DNA from: an uncultured Solirubrobacterales bacterium
GTDB taxonomy: Bacteria; Actinomycetota; Thermoleophilia; Solirubrobacterales; Solirubrobacteraceae
DNA: 64,000 bases
Assembly: GCA_963755525.1 (NCBI GenBank)
Contig: CAVWKC010000024.1
Span: forward strand, 58,251-122,250
Direction of reading: 5' to 3'
Shown: positions 26,906-35,690 of the stretch, piece after piece
Numbering within the stretch: the stretch's first letter is position 1
Layout of the letters: the number at the start of each line of letters is the position of its first letter
Notes under the pieces: generated by a model
The model's database searches: none
Seen by the model: only the letters and a program-made list of their open reading frames with translations
Told to the model about the DNA's origin: nothing
Translations under genes and position numbers: made by a program

Positions 26906-28192
26906 TCACCCGCCGCCGCTGGCCGTCCCGCTGTGGCTCGTGCCGCCGTCTCCACCCGACGAGGTCCCGGTCCCACTTCCCGAGGGGCGATTCGACGAGC
27001 TTCCGGTCCGCGTCGAGGGCGGACCGGAATGAGTGCCAGATGAAGTGCTCGGCGCGGGGTGGCTCGGCGTGGGCTGGCTCGGCGCGGCGTGAGTCGGGGC
27101 GGAGGTGCTCGGCGCGGGGCTGACCGCGCCACCGCCCTCTGACCCCGAGCCGCTGCTCACGCTGCCGCCGCCCCGGCTGGCGACATACGTCGGTGGTATG
27201 TATCGAGGAGCGGGGTTCGGCGCGGCAACGTGGCTCGGCCGGGCGATGTGATCAGTCGAGGCCGAGGAGAGTCGCCTGGTGTGGGCGACGATCTTCACAC
27301 GGGTTGAGTGTGGGGGACGGTGCCTGGGCGCGGGCTCTTGAGGGGACCGAACCGTCCGAGGACGCGCAGACGCGATCATGCTTACGGTGGTCGCCGGCCG
27401 AGTCAGACGGGCGTTCAGGGCCGAGTTAGCCGCGTGCTTCGGCGCTCTCGTCAGCGAGGAGCCCACGGCGAGCGCCGCGGCGACCACGAGCAGCGCCGGC
27501 ACGACTGCCAGCCCCAATCGGCGGGCGGTGAACACTCCCTCGCGCCGGCGCCGTGGCCGCTCCCCTCGCGGCCTCGCGTGCGAGTCTTGCCGTCCGAAAC
27601 CCGCGGCACGCCCAGGTGTCGCGTCTACCGGGGAGATTGCCCGTCCCGTGACGCCTGGGAAGTCCAGGCCCGGGAGCGGCGGGTCGTCACTCGGGGATAC
27701 GTCCGGGTCCGGCTCCGGATGCCCATGCGTGCTGAGCAACGTTGCGAGATTGAACACAGCGTTCGAATCGCCGCGTTCGCGGGCACGATTGAATGCCGCC
27801 TCCGCACCACTGATATCGCCGTGCTCGGCCAGGATCGCGCCAAGATTGCACGCCGCTGCGGCGTGGCCTCTCTGATCGGCGAACCGGTAGGCCCGTGCCG
27901 CGCCGCTGACATCCCCATGCTCGTCCAGCAGCACGCCGAGATTGAAGGCGCCATTAGCATCGCCACGCCTCTGGGCACGGCGATATGCGGCCTCTGCGCC
28001 GGCACCGTCGCCGCGGCCCTCCAACAGCACTCCAAGGTTGACCGCGGCCGCGGCATGACCTCTCGAGTCGGCGTCCCGATAGGCGCGTTCTGCCGCGGCC
28101 AGATCGCCGCGTTCTTCCATCAGAACGCCAAGGTTGAACCTGCTGACAGGGTCGGGCCGCTGATCGACTGCCCGGTAAGCGCCCCTCGCCAT
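26906..28192 (-). CDS. Sel1/TPR-repeat membrane protein with a Pro/Ser/Gly-rich C-terminal tail
   Basis: About five 32-aa repeats (NLGVL.E..GD..GA..AYR.A..RG), one TM helix and a low-complexity tail. Start uncertain. Confidence 0.8.
   Translation of the reverse strand: MARGAYRAVDQRPDPVSRFNLGVLMEERGDLAAAERAYRDADSRGHAAAAVNLGVLLEGRGDGAGAEAAYRRAQRRGDANGAFNLGVLLDEHGDVSGAARAYRFADQRGHAAAACNLGAILAEHGDISGAEAAFNRARERGDSNAVFNLATLLSTHGHPEPDPDVSPSDDPPLPGLDFPGVTGRAISPVDATPGRAAGFGRQDSHARPRGERPRRRREGVFTARRLGLAVVPALLVVAAALAVGSSLTRAPKHAANSALNARLTRPATTVSMIASARPRTVRSPQEPAPRHRPPHSTRVKIVAHTRRLSSASTDHIARPSHVAAPNPAPRYIPPTYVASRGGGSVSSGSGSEGGGAVSPAPSTSAPTHAAPSQPTPSHPAPSTSSGTHSGPPSTRTGSSSNRPSGSGTGTSSGGDGGTSHSGTASGGG
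27001..27029. terminator. Perfect 11-bp stem hairpin, a possible terminator of the convergent glmS-yvcK transcript
   Basis: TTCCGGTCCGC-GTCGAGG-GCGGACCGGAA. It has no U-tract and lies inside the opposite-strand CDS. Confidence 0.3.
27047..27121. repeat. Imperfect 15-bp tandem repeat x5 encoding Pro/Ser pentapeptides
   Basis: GCTCGGCG(C/T)GG units start at 27047, 27062, 27077, (27092, degenerate) and 27107. Confidence 0.8.
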
Positions 28193-28301
28193 TCGCCGCA
28201 AGCCCTCAGATTTGCTGAGCGATGACTTGATCGCGTAATTGTAGAGCAGCAAAGGGGGTGAATGGTGATGTTTTGCTCGGAAATGACTAGACTCAGGCCC
28301 T

Positions 28302-29522
28302 GTGTCGTATCGCTGGACCGGGGTCGGCGTGATGTTGGCGATTCTGTGCGGCTTGCTCCCCGCGTGGGCACGTGCGGCATCCCGTTGGACGCCTCCGCAG
28401 CAGCTGACCTGGTACTGGCAGCTGACGGGGACCCCTCAGGTCGAGCCGGTGGCGGCGACCGACATCGACGGCTTCGACAATTCGTCCGCCACCGTGGCCG
28501 ACTTCCACGCCATCGGCCAGCGCATGATCTGCTACATCGACGTCGGGACTTGGGAGAACTGGCGACCTGACGCGAGCAAGTTTCCGGACACGGTCCTGGG
28601 AAACGGCAACGGCTGGCCGGGCGAGCGATGGCTGGATGTGCGTCAGCTCGCAGTGCTCGAGCCGATCATGACGGCCCGCTTTGAGATGTGCCAGCAGAAG
28701 GGCTTCGATGCGGTCGAGCCCGACAACATGGACGGCTACGAGAACAACACCGGGTTCCCGATCACTGCGGCTCAGCAGCTTGCGTACGACATGTGGATTG
28801 GCCAGGAGGTGCACTCACTCGGGATGGCCGTCTTTCAGAAGAACGATCCTGACCAGGCCGCCCAGCTGGAGCCATATTTCGACGGGGTGATCGACGAGCA
28901 ATGCAATCAATATTCCGAGTGTTCCTCCTATCAGCCTTATCTCAGCGCAGGCAAGCCGGTATTGAATGCTGAATATGAGGCCTCGCTTTATCCGTCGTTC
29001 TGTGCGGCTGACCAGGCCGCAGGAATGATGGGTGCCCTGTACGCGACTGCGCTTGACGGAAGCGTGTATCACCCATGCTTCGGGCCCAGCTTGTCGCTGC
29101 CTCCGATTTCCTCATCTTCTAATACTGGGAGCGCCACTCCCGGTGGCCAAAACTCTGGGCCTCGGGTAAGCATCCGCTCACTGGTCGCGATGGCCAAACA
29201 CGGTGCCGTGGCGTTGAAACTGACCTGTACCAGTGGACAGTCCTTCTGCGACGGCACGGTCGAACTCGCTGCGGTCGCCGGTGCGCTGCGCGCAACAAGC
29301 CGCCACTCCCGGATAGCAGTTGTGCTCGGAGAGACGCCTTTTCGAATCCCCGTGAGCCGCACCAAACTCATCCTTGTCAAGCTGCGACGGAAGGCGCTGA
29401 AGCGACTGTCAGCGAGGAGATTGATCGACGCCGTCGTCACGGTGACCGCCACGGACGCCGGCCGAGGGGTGGCAGTCGCTCGGCGCAGGGTGCAGCTGAG
29501 ACTCCGATTGCCGGAGAGCTGA
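28302..29522 (+). CDS. Secreted GH114 endo-alpha-1,4-polygalactosaminidase (copy 3) with a basic C-terminal module
   Basis: Same motifs as copy 1 (ICYIDVGTWENWRPDASKFP, EPDNMDGYEN, DEQCN). Start uncertain. Confidence 0.92.
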   Translation: MSYRWTGVGVMLAILCGLLPAWARAASRWTPPQQLTWYWQLTGTPQVEPVAATDIDGFDNSSATVADFHAIGQRMICYIDVGTWENWRPDASKFPDTVLGNGNGWPGERWLDVRQLAVLEPIMTARFEMCQQKGFDAVEPDNMDGYENNTGFPITAAQQLAYDMWIGQEVHSLGMAVFQKNDPDQAAQLEPYFDGVIDEQCNQYSECSSYQPYLSAGKPVLNAEYEASLYPSFCAADQAAGMMGALYATALDGSVYHPCFGPSLSLPPISSSSNTGSATPGGQNSGPRVSIRSLVAMAKHGAVALKLTCTSGQSFCDGTVELAAVAGALRATSRHSRIAVVLGETPFRIPVSRTKLILVKLRRKALKRLSARRLIDAVVTVTATDAGRGVAVARRRVQLRLRLPES

Positions 29523-29527
29523 CCGCG

Positions 29528-30856
29528 TCAAGTCGCCGGCGCCGGCACGCGGTCCTGGATGACCCGCACGCCGTCCTTCGGCGCCAGCGTGATCCCGCGG
29601 AACTGGACCTTGGCGTACTTGGGGTCCGCGGCCCGTAGCGCGGCGCGCTCGAGCACGCGCGCGACCACGATCCGCATCTCCATCAGCGCGAAGCTGGCGC
29701 CCAGGCAGCGGCGGGTCCCGCCGCCGAACGGAATCCAGGTGTAGGTGTCGGGCGGATCCTCGACGAGGAAGCGCTCGGGCCGGAACGCGCCGGAATCGGG
29801 GAACAGGTCCTCGCGGCGATGCATGACCCGGATCGAGGGGTTGATCTCGACGCCCGGCGGGATCTCGTAGCCGTTCAGGCGAAACGGCTCGCCTCGGACG
29901 ACGCGCCCGACGCCCGGGATCACCGGCCGGAGCCGGAGCGACTCTTTCACCACCGCGTCGAGGTAGCGCTCGTCGCCCTGGCGCGCGCGGTGGCGCACGG
30001 CGGCATCGTGCAGCAACAGGTCAAAGCACCACGCGAGGCCGGTGGCGGTCGTCTCGTGCCCCGCGAGCAGCAGCGTCACCAACTCGTCGCGGACCTCGCG
30101 GTCGGATAGCCGCTCGCCGTCCTCATCCTCGGCGAGCAGCAGCGCGGAGAAGATGTCGTCGCGCTGATCCAGTTCGGGGTCGGCGCGCCGGCGCGCGATC
30201 TCCGCATACAGAACCTCGTCGACGGCCTTGCGCGCGGTGTCGAACTGGGCGGTCACCGCGGCCTGGTCGCCCTTGATGAAGGGGAGCGCTGCCAGCAGCA
30301 TCATCGCGCGGGGCCTCGACAGAGGCTCGAGCATCGCGCGCAGCCGGCGGCGGAGGTCCTCCTCCTCGGCCCCGGGCTCGTACCCGAACACCGCGCGTAG
30401 GATCACGCGCAGCGTCAGGGACTGCATGCTCGGCAGCAGCGAGAAGGGCTCGCCGACCGGCCAGGAGTCGATCTCGAGGTCGGCCGAGGCGCGCATCGCG
30501 TCGGCGTGGGCCTGCATCCGCCGGCCATGGAACGGGCCGAGCAGCAGCTTGCGGTGGCGCAGGTGCTCGACGCCGTCGAGTAGCAGCACCGAGCGCTCGC
30601 CGACGATCGGGCCGAGCATCACGTTGGCCTCGCCGGCGCGGAGTTGCTCGGGCGGCCCCTGGAACAGCTCCTTGATCAGCGCCGGATGGAACACCATCAC
30701 GAACCGCTCGTCGAACAGCGTGCCGAACGTCACAGCGTCGCCGTACCGGCGCCGGCAGGCGTCGATGAAACGGGGGCCGGTGAGCATGAACCCGATCGTC
30801 TGCACCGCGCGGGGCAGGCGCGGGCCGGGCGGGAGTCCGTCGTGGGTCGCGGTCAT
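29528..30856 (-). CDS. Cytochrome P450
   Basis: AGHETT, ESLR, FRPERF and the heme motif FGGGTRRCLG. Confidence 0.96.
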   Translation of the reverse strand: MTATHDGLPPGPRLPRAVQTIGFMLTGPRFIDACRRRYGDAVTFGTLFDERFVMVFHPALIKELFQGPPEQLRAGEANVMLGPIVGERSVLLLDGVEHLRHRKLLLGPFHGRRMQAHADAMRASADLEIDSWPVGEPFSLLPSMQSLTLRVILRAVFGYEPGAEEEDLRRRLRAMLEPLSRPRAMMLLAALPFIKGDQAAVTAQFDTARKAVDEVLYAEIARRRADPELDQRDDIFSALLLAEDEDGERLSDREVRDELVTLLLAGHETTATGLAWCFDLLLHDAAVRHRARQGDERYLDAVVKESLRLRPVIPGVGRVVRGEPFRLNGYEIPPGVEINPSIRVMHRREDLFPDSGAFRPERFLVEDPPDTYTWIPFGGGTRRCLGASFALMEMRIVVARVLERAALRAADPKYAKVQFRGITLAPKDGVRVIQDRVPAPAT

Positions 30857-30892
30857 CGTCGCCCGCGATCGTTGCACACGGGCAATCTCGGC

Positions 30893-31766
30893 TCAGGAGG
30901 CGTGGCTCGGCGCCTGGGAGGCTGCGGCCTTGCCCCCGAGGTCGGCGAGCGTCAACGGATGCGCCGGCGGCTCGGTGAGCGGCCGGGTGATCGTGACGTT
31001 CAAATCCGGGTCGACGTGCAGCAACTCGCCCGACCCGAGTGCCCGCCAACCCGCGTCTTCGTCCATCCGCTCGCTGGCCACGACGACCGCGGGGCGGCTC
31101 GCGAGGTCGCCCGAGCGGACCCGCATCGAGCCGCGCGCGCTCGCGTGCTCGAGGTGGCGCGCCCCGGTCGGGCCGCCGGCGGCGCGCTCGAGCACGAACA
31201 GCTCGTGCACGTCGGGGTACCGGAGCGCCCACAGTTCGGTCGCGGTGGTCAGGATCACGTTGAGCGCGAACACGGGCAGGTTGCCGGCGATCCAGGTCGC
31301 AGCGCGCGCGATCGCGGCGTCGACATCGCCGTCCTGCTCGATCTCCTTCGTGATCAGTGCGAAGAACCGCTCGGAGTCGGTCTCACCGTGGACGAGCCCG
31401 GCCGCGTCGCCGAGCTCGGGCTCGATCCGCTCCGGATCGCCGATCACGCCGTTGTGGGCGAACTGCCGCCCGCGCTGCTCGAACGGGTGCGTGTTCTCGG
31501 GGCTGATCGCGCCCGTCGACGCGTACCTGACGTGCGCGACGAACGTACGCGAGGAGACTTCGCGGGCCTCCTGCGCGAACGCCTGGTCCTCGTAAGCGGC
31601 CAGCGGCTGCTTGGCCACGACGAGGCTTTCCGCCCTCGAACCAGCCGACGCCGGTGCCGTCGGGCTCGCGGCGGCTCTGCTGCGCGAGCGAGTCGGGTGC
31701 CTCGAGCAGCCAAAACGTGGCGCGAACCGGCTCGCGCCCGCCGCTCATTCCGAATAGCCGGCACAC
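30893..31766 (-). CDS. Class II glutamine amidotransferase (EgtC/YafJ-like), one frameshift ~31622
   Basis: GTG-CRLFG N-terminus and DGTGVGWF, then AHVRYAS, NTHPF, AHNG, ETDSE and VASE in another frame. TAGTGT lies 7 nt before the start, suggesting a leaderless gene. Confidence 0.88.
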
Positions 31767-31787
31767 GCTGGCGACACTAGCGGCTCG

Positions 31788-31859
31788 ATGGCGATCACCG
31801 CCGCCCGCAATCCACCGTCTCCCGGGCAATGGCGATCACCAGCGCCCGCAACCACTGTC
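31788..31859. repeat. Imperfect ~31-bp direct repeat (41-bp period) in a divergent intergenic region
   Basis: ATGGCGATCACCGCCGCCCGCAATCCACCGTC and ATGGCGATCACCAGCGCCCGCAACCACTGTC. Confidence 0.85.
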
Positions 31860-31919
31860 AATGTAATTTCAAGAAGGTGCCCTATCGTGACCTCCAGGCC
31901 ACGAGAAAGGTCGTCTGTC

Positions 31920-33144
31920 ATGAGGTTCTTGCGCACCGTATCCACCCAACGTTTGCTGGCGATCCTCGCCGGTCTAGTCCTCGCGATCGTCGGCGGGACC
32001 GCCATCGCCGTCGCCGCCGCGGGCAGCGGACCCGTGCCGCGCCGCGAGTCGCTCGCGCAGGCGCTTCACCAAGCCGCCGGCGCGCCGGCCGTGACCGCGA
32101 TCAGCGCCAGGATCAGCTTCACCGACAACCTGATCGACTCGACCGCGCTCCAGGGCTCGGATCCGATCCTGTCGGGCGCGACCGGCCGCCTCTGGCTGTC
32201 GACGGCCACGCACAAGCTCCGGCTCGAGCTCCAGGGTTCAAACGGCGATGCCCAGGTCCTGGTCGACAACGGCGCGTTCTCGATCTACGACCCGATGTCG
32301 AACACCATTTATAAGGGGACGCTGCCGAGTGGGAGCTCGAAGAGCGGCAAAGCCACGACTGAGCCGATCCCTTCGGTCGCGCAGATCCAGTCGCAGCTGA
32401 ACCAGCTGATGCAGAACGTCGACATCGCCGGGCCGATACCCGCGCAACGTCGCCGGCCAGCCGGCCTACAAGGTCGTGATGACCCCCAAGCACTCGGGCG
32501 GGCTGCTCGGGAGCGTGCAGCTCGCCTGGGATGCCACCCACGGCGTTCCGCTCGGCATCGCGATCTACTCCACCAGCAGCAGCACCCCCGTGCTCGAGCT
32601 CAAGGCGACGCACATCTCGTACGGCAAGGTCTCCGCCGGTGTGTTCAAGGTGAGCACGCCCGCGGGGGCGAAGGTCGTCCGGATCGCGACGCCCGCAGGA
32701 CACGCCGCCGCCAGCCATGTAGCGCGCGGTGGGAAGCGCGCGACGAAGGCGCACACCCAGGTCGAAGGCGTGGCCGCGGTCCGCGCGCATGTGCCGTTCA
32801 CGCTGGCCGCCCCGCGTAAGCTCGCCGGCCTTCACCGTCAGTCGGCCTCCCTGCTCGACTGGGGTGGAAGCCCGGCCGCGCTGGTCACCTACGGCCAGGG
32901 CCTCGGCGGGCTCGCCGTGATCGAGCAGACCGCTTCCGCTCAGCCGGCGGCTAGCTCGCAGAGCGGCGGAAACCAGAGCGGCCTGAACCTCCCGACCATG
33001 TCGATCAACGGGCAGAGCGCCCAGGAGCTCCCGACCGCGCTCGGCACTGTCCTGCGCGTCAAGAGCGGCGGCGTCGAGTACACGCTGATCGGTTCTGTGC
33101 CACCGGCCGCCGCGGAAATGGCAGCGAGGCAGTTGGTGCCCTGA
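31920..33144 (+). CDS. Secreted LolA/DUF2092-like carrier-fold protein, one frameshift ~32443
   Basis: Signal peptide and GRLWLS...LRLEL, then VAGQPAY.V...P, LAWDA..GVPL and TPAGAKV after the shift. First gene of an ABC operon. Confidence 0.7.
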
Positions 33145-33149
33145 CCGAC

Positions 33150-34105
33150 GTGGCGGACACCCCGCCCCCGGTCGAGGTCCGGGGACTTGTCAAACGCTAC
33201 GGCGAACTAGAAGCGGTTGCCGGCGTGGACCTCACCGTCCACGCCGGCGACGTTTACGGGTACCTCGGTCCGAACGGCGCCGGCAAGACCACATGCCTGC
33301 GCATGATGCTGGGGCTGATCCGACCCACCGCGGGTACGGTGCGGCTGTTCGGCCGAGATCCACAGGAGACCGTCCAGGCGCTCGATGACGTCGCGGGTTT
33401 CGTCGAGGCGCCGACCTTCTATCCATATCTGAGCGGGCGGCGCAACCTCGAGTTGCTGGCCGCGTTCGATGGTGGCGACGCCGGCGACCGGATCGAGATG
33501 GCGCTCGAGACCGTCGATCTCACAGACCGGGCCCGCGACAAGATCGGCGGCTACTCGCACGGGATGCGCCAGCGGATCGGGATCGCCGCAGCGCTGCTCC
33601 GAGACCCGAAGCTGCTGCTGCTCGACGAGCCGGCGACCGGGCTCGATCCCGCCGGGATGCGCGACATGCGGCTGCTGATCCGCCGGCTGGCCGACCAGGG
33701 GATGACCGTCTGCTGTCGAGCCACCTGCTCGCCGAGGTCGAAGAGCTGTGCAACCGGGTAGCGATCGTCCGCAAGGGGAAGATCGTCTACGAGGGTGCGA
33801 TCTCTGAACTCAAGCGAGGGGCCGGCGCTGTGTACCGGTTGTCGACGACGAACGACGAGCGCGCGATGGCCGTGTGCCGGGCGCAGCCGGGCCTCGGCGA
33901 CATCGGCGTGGTCCACGGGAAGATCTCGTTTACCGCCGACGAGCCGGCGGTCGCCGACCTGTCCCAGGCGTTGATCGAGGCGGGAGCATTGATTACTTCG
34001 CTCGCGCCGCAGACGGTCACGCTCGAGGACCTGTTCTTCTCGCTGACCGAGGGCGACGGCGTCGTCAGCGGTGTGGCTCCCGCGACAGTCGAGGCAGCGC
34101 GATGA
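33150..34105 (+). CDS. ABC transporter ATP-binding protein, one frameshift ~33710
   Basis: GPNGAGKT, YSHGMRQR and LLDEP, then LSSHLLAEVE and LEDLFF in the shifted frame. Confidence 0.92.
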
Positions 34106-34977
34106 GCGCCATCGAGGCGGCCCCGCCCAGGCGCGTGGCGGCGGCGCCGCGCTCGCGGCCGGGTGTTGCGGTGGTGTACCGGTGGGAGCTGTTCAAGCTG
34201 CGCTACCAGAAGCGCACCTACCTCGGGCTCGGGGCGGCGGCGATCGTCCCGATCCTGTTCGTCGTCGCGATCCACTTCCGCCACCACCGCGACAACGGCA
34301 ACAACTTCGCGTTCCAGTCGTACTTGACTAAGAGCGGACTGGTCGTGCCGCTCGTGCTCCTGTTGTTCGGCGCGGTGTGGCTGTTCCCGCTGATCACCGC
34401 CCTCGTGGCGGGGGACATCTTCGCCTCAGAAGACCACAACGGCACGCTCAAGACCGTGCTGACGCGCTCGCTCGAGCGGTGGCAGATCTTCACTGGCAAG
34501 GCGCTCGCCGCCGCCACCTACGCGGTGGTCGCGATCTTCATAAGCGGCACCGTGGGGGTCATCGCGGGCAGCATCCAGTCGGGCTTCAACTCGGTGCAGA
34601 CGCTGTCGGGGTCGATCGTCTCCGCCCCCAAAGGACTCGAACTCGTGTATCTCAGCCTGCTCGTCTACCTGATCCCGATCGCGACGGTCGTATGCATCGG
34701 GCTGCTGCTTTCGACGATCACGCGCAACAGCGCCGCTGCGGTGGTCGGGACGCTGATGATCTCGCTGCTATTCCAGCTGATCGGCGTCCTGCCGGGGCTG
34801 GGCGCGCTCCAGCCGTACCTGCTCAGCACCCAGTTCAACGCCTGGCAGGGACTGCTGCGCCAGCCGATCGATTGGTCGCCGATCGTCCGCGCGGCGTGGG
34901 TGTGCGCGATGTATGGCGTGCCGGCGCTCGCCACCGCATTCCTGGTGTTCCTGCGCCGCGACGTCGCCGGTGGCTGA
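34102..34977 (+). CDS. ABC-2 type permease
   Basis: About 6 TM segments, AGDIFASE...GTLK.VLTR, and an ATGA overlap. Confidence 0.92.
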   Translation: MSAIEAAPPRRVAAAPRSRPGVAVVYRWELFKLRYQKRTYLGLGAAAIVPILFVVAIHFRHHRDNGNNFAFQSYLTKSGLVVPLVLLLFGAVWLFPLITALVAGDIFASEDHNGTLKTVLTRSLERWQIFTGKALAAATYAVVAIFISGTVGVIAGSIQSGFNSVQTLSGSIVSAPKGLELVYLSLLVYLIPIATVVCIGLLLSTITRNSAAAVVGTLMISLLFQLIGVLPGLGALQPYLLSTQFNAWQGLLRQPIDWSPIVRAAWVCAMYGVPALATAFLVFLRRDVAGG

Positions 34978-35665
34978 CGCGGCCTCGACGAGCGGCGCGG
35001 GCCTGGGCAGCCGGGTGCTCGTGGTCGACGACGATCCGCCGCTGCGTCGGATGCTGGCGCGCACGCTCGCGGCCGAGGGTTACGACGTGACCGTCGCCGG
35101 CGACGGCGGCGGGGCGCTGGCCGAGGCCGAGCGCGCGGCGCCCGACGTGATCGTGCTCGACGTCGCGATGCCCGCGCCCGACGGGCTGGCGGTGTGCCGG
35201 CGGCTGCGGGGCAAAGGGGTGTCGACCCCGATCCTGATGCTCACCGCGCGCGACGCCGTTCCCGACCGGGTCGCCGGCCTCGAGGCCGGCGCCGACGATT
35301 ACCTGGTCAAGCCGTTCGCGATCCAGGAGCTGATCGCGCGGCTGCGCGCGCTGACGCGCCGAGGCAGCGACGCACACGCCGGCGGGTTACGGTCCTACGG
35401 CGACCTGACGCTCGAGGTCGACGCGCGCAAGGCGGTGCGGGGAGGACGCCCGATTGAGCTGACCGGGAGAGAGTCGGCGTTGCTCGAGCTGCTCCTGCGC
35501 GAGAGCGGGCGGGTGATCACGCGCGACCGCGCGCTCGACGAGATCTGGGACGACGGCGCCGAGCCGAACGTCGTCGATCGCTACGTGACTCGTCTGCGCC
35601 GAAAGCTCGGGGAGCCGCAGCTGATTAAGACCGTGAGGGGAAGCGGGTTCACGCTGCGAGCGTGA
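34970..35665 (+). CDS. OmpR/MprA-type response regulator
   Basis: VVDDD, VLDVAMP, GADDYLVKPF and a winged helix (NVVDRYVTRLRRKL, TVRGSGF). Confidence 0.95.
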   Translation: MADAASTSGAGLGSRVLVVDDDPPLRRMLARTLAAEGYDVTVAGDGGGALAEAERAAPDVIVLDVAMPAPDGLAVCRRLRGKGVSTPILMLTARDAVPDRVAGLEAGADDYLVKPFAIQELIARLRALTRRGSDAHAGGLRSYGDLTLEVDARKAVRGGRPIELTGRESALLELLLRESGRVITRDRALDEIWDDGAEPNVVDRYVTRLRRKLGEPQLIKTVRGSGFTLRA

Positions 35666-35690
35666 TCACTCGCTCGGGTCGGCGGTCGCG

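Larger units (their letters stand above)
4378..29522. other. Accessory exopolysaccharide/surface-protein island (Pel/galactosaminogalactan-like)
   Basis: The gene set is functionally coherent and appears by eye to have more A/T at third codon positions than the flanks. No integrase, transposase or att repeat seen. Confidence 0.7.

Noticed and set aside
4353-29527. Island as an integrative or transposable element
   Set aside because: No integrase, transposase, tRNA or flanking direct repeat is visible, so it is kept only as an accessory gene cluster.
31788-31859. CRISPR array
   Set aside because: Only two imperfect copies with a ~9-nt gap, and no cas genes.
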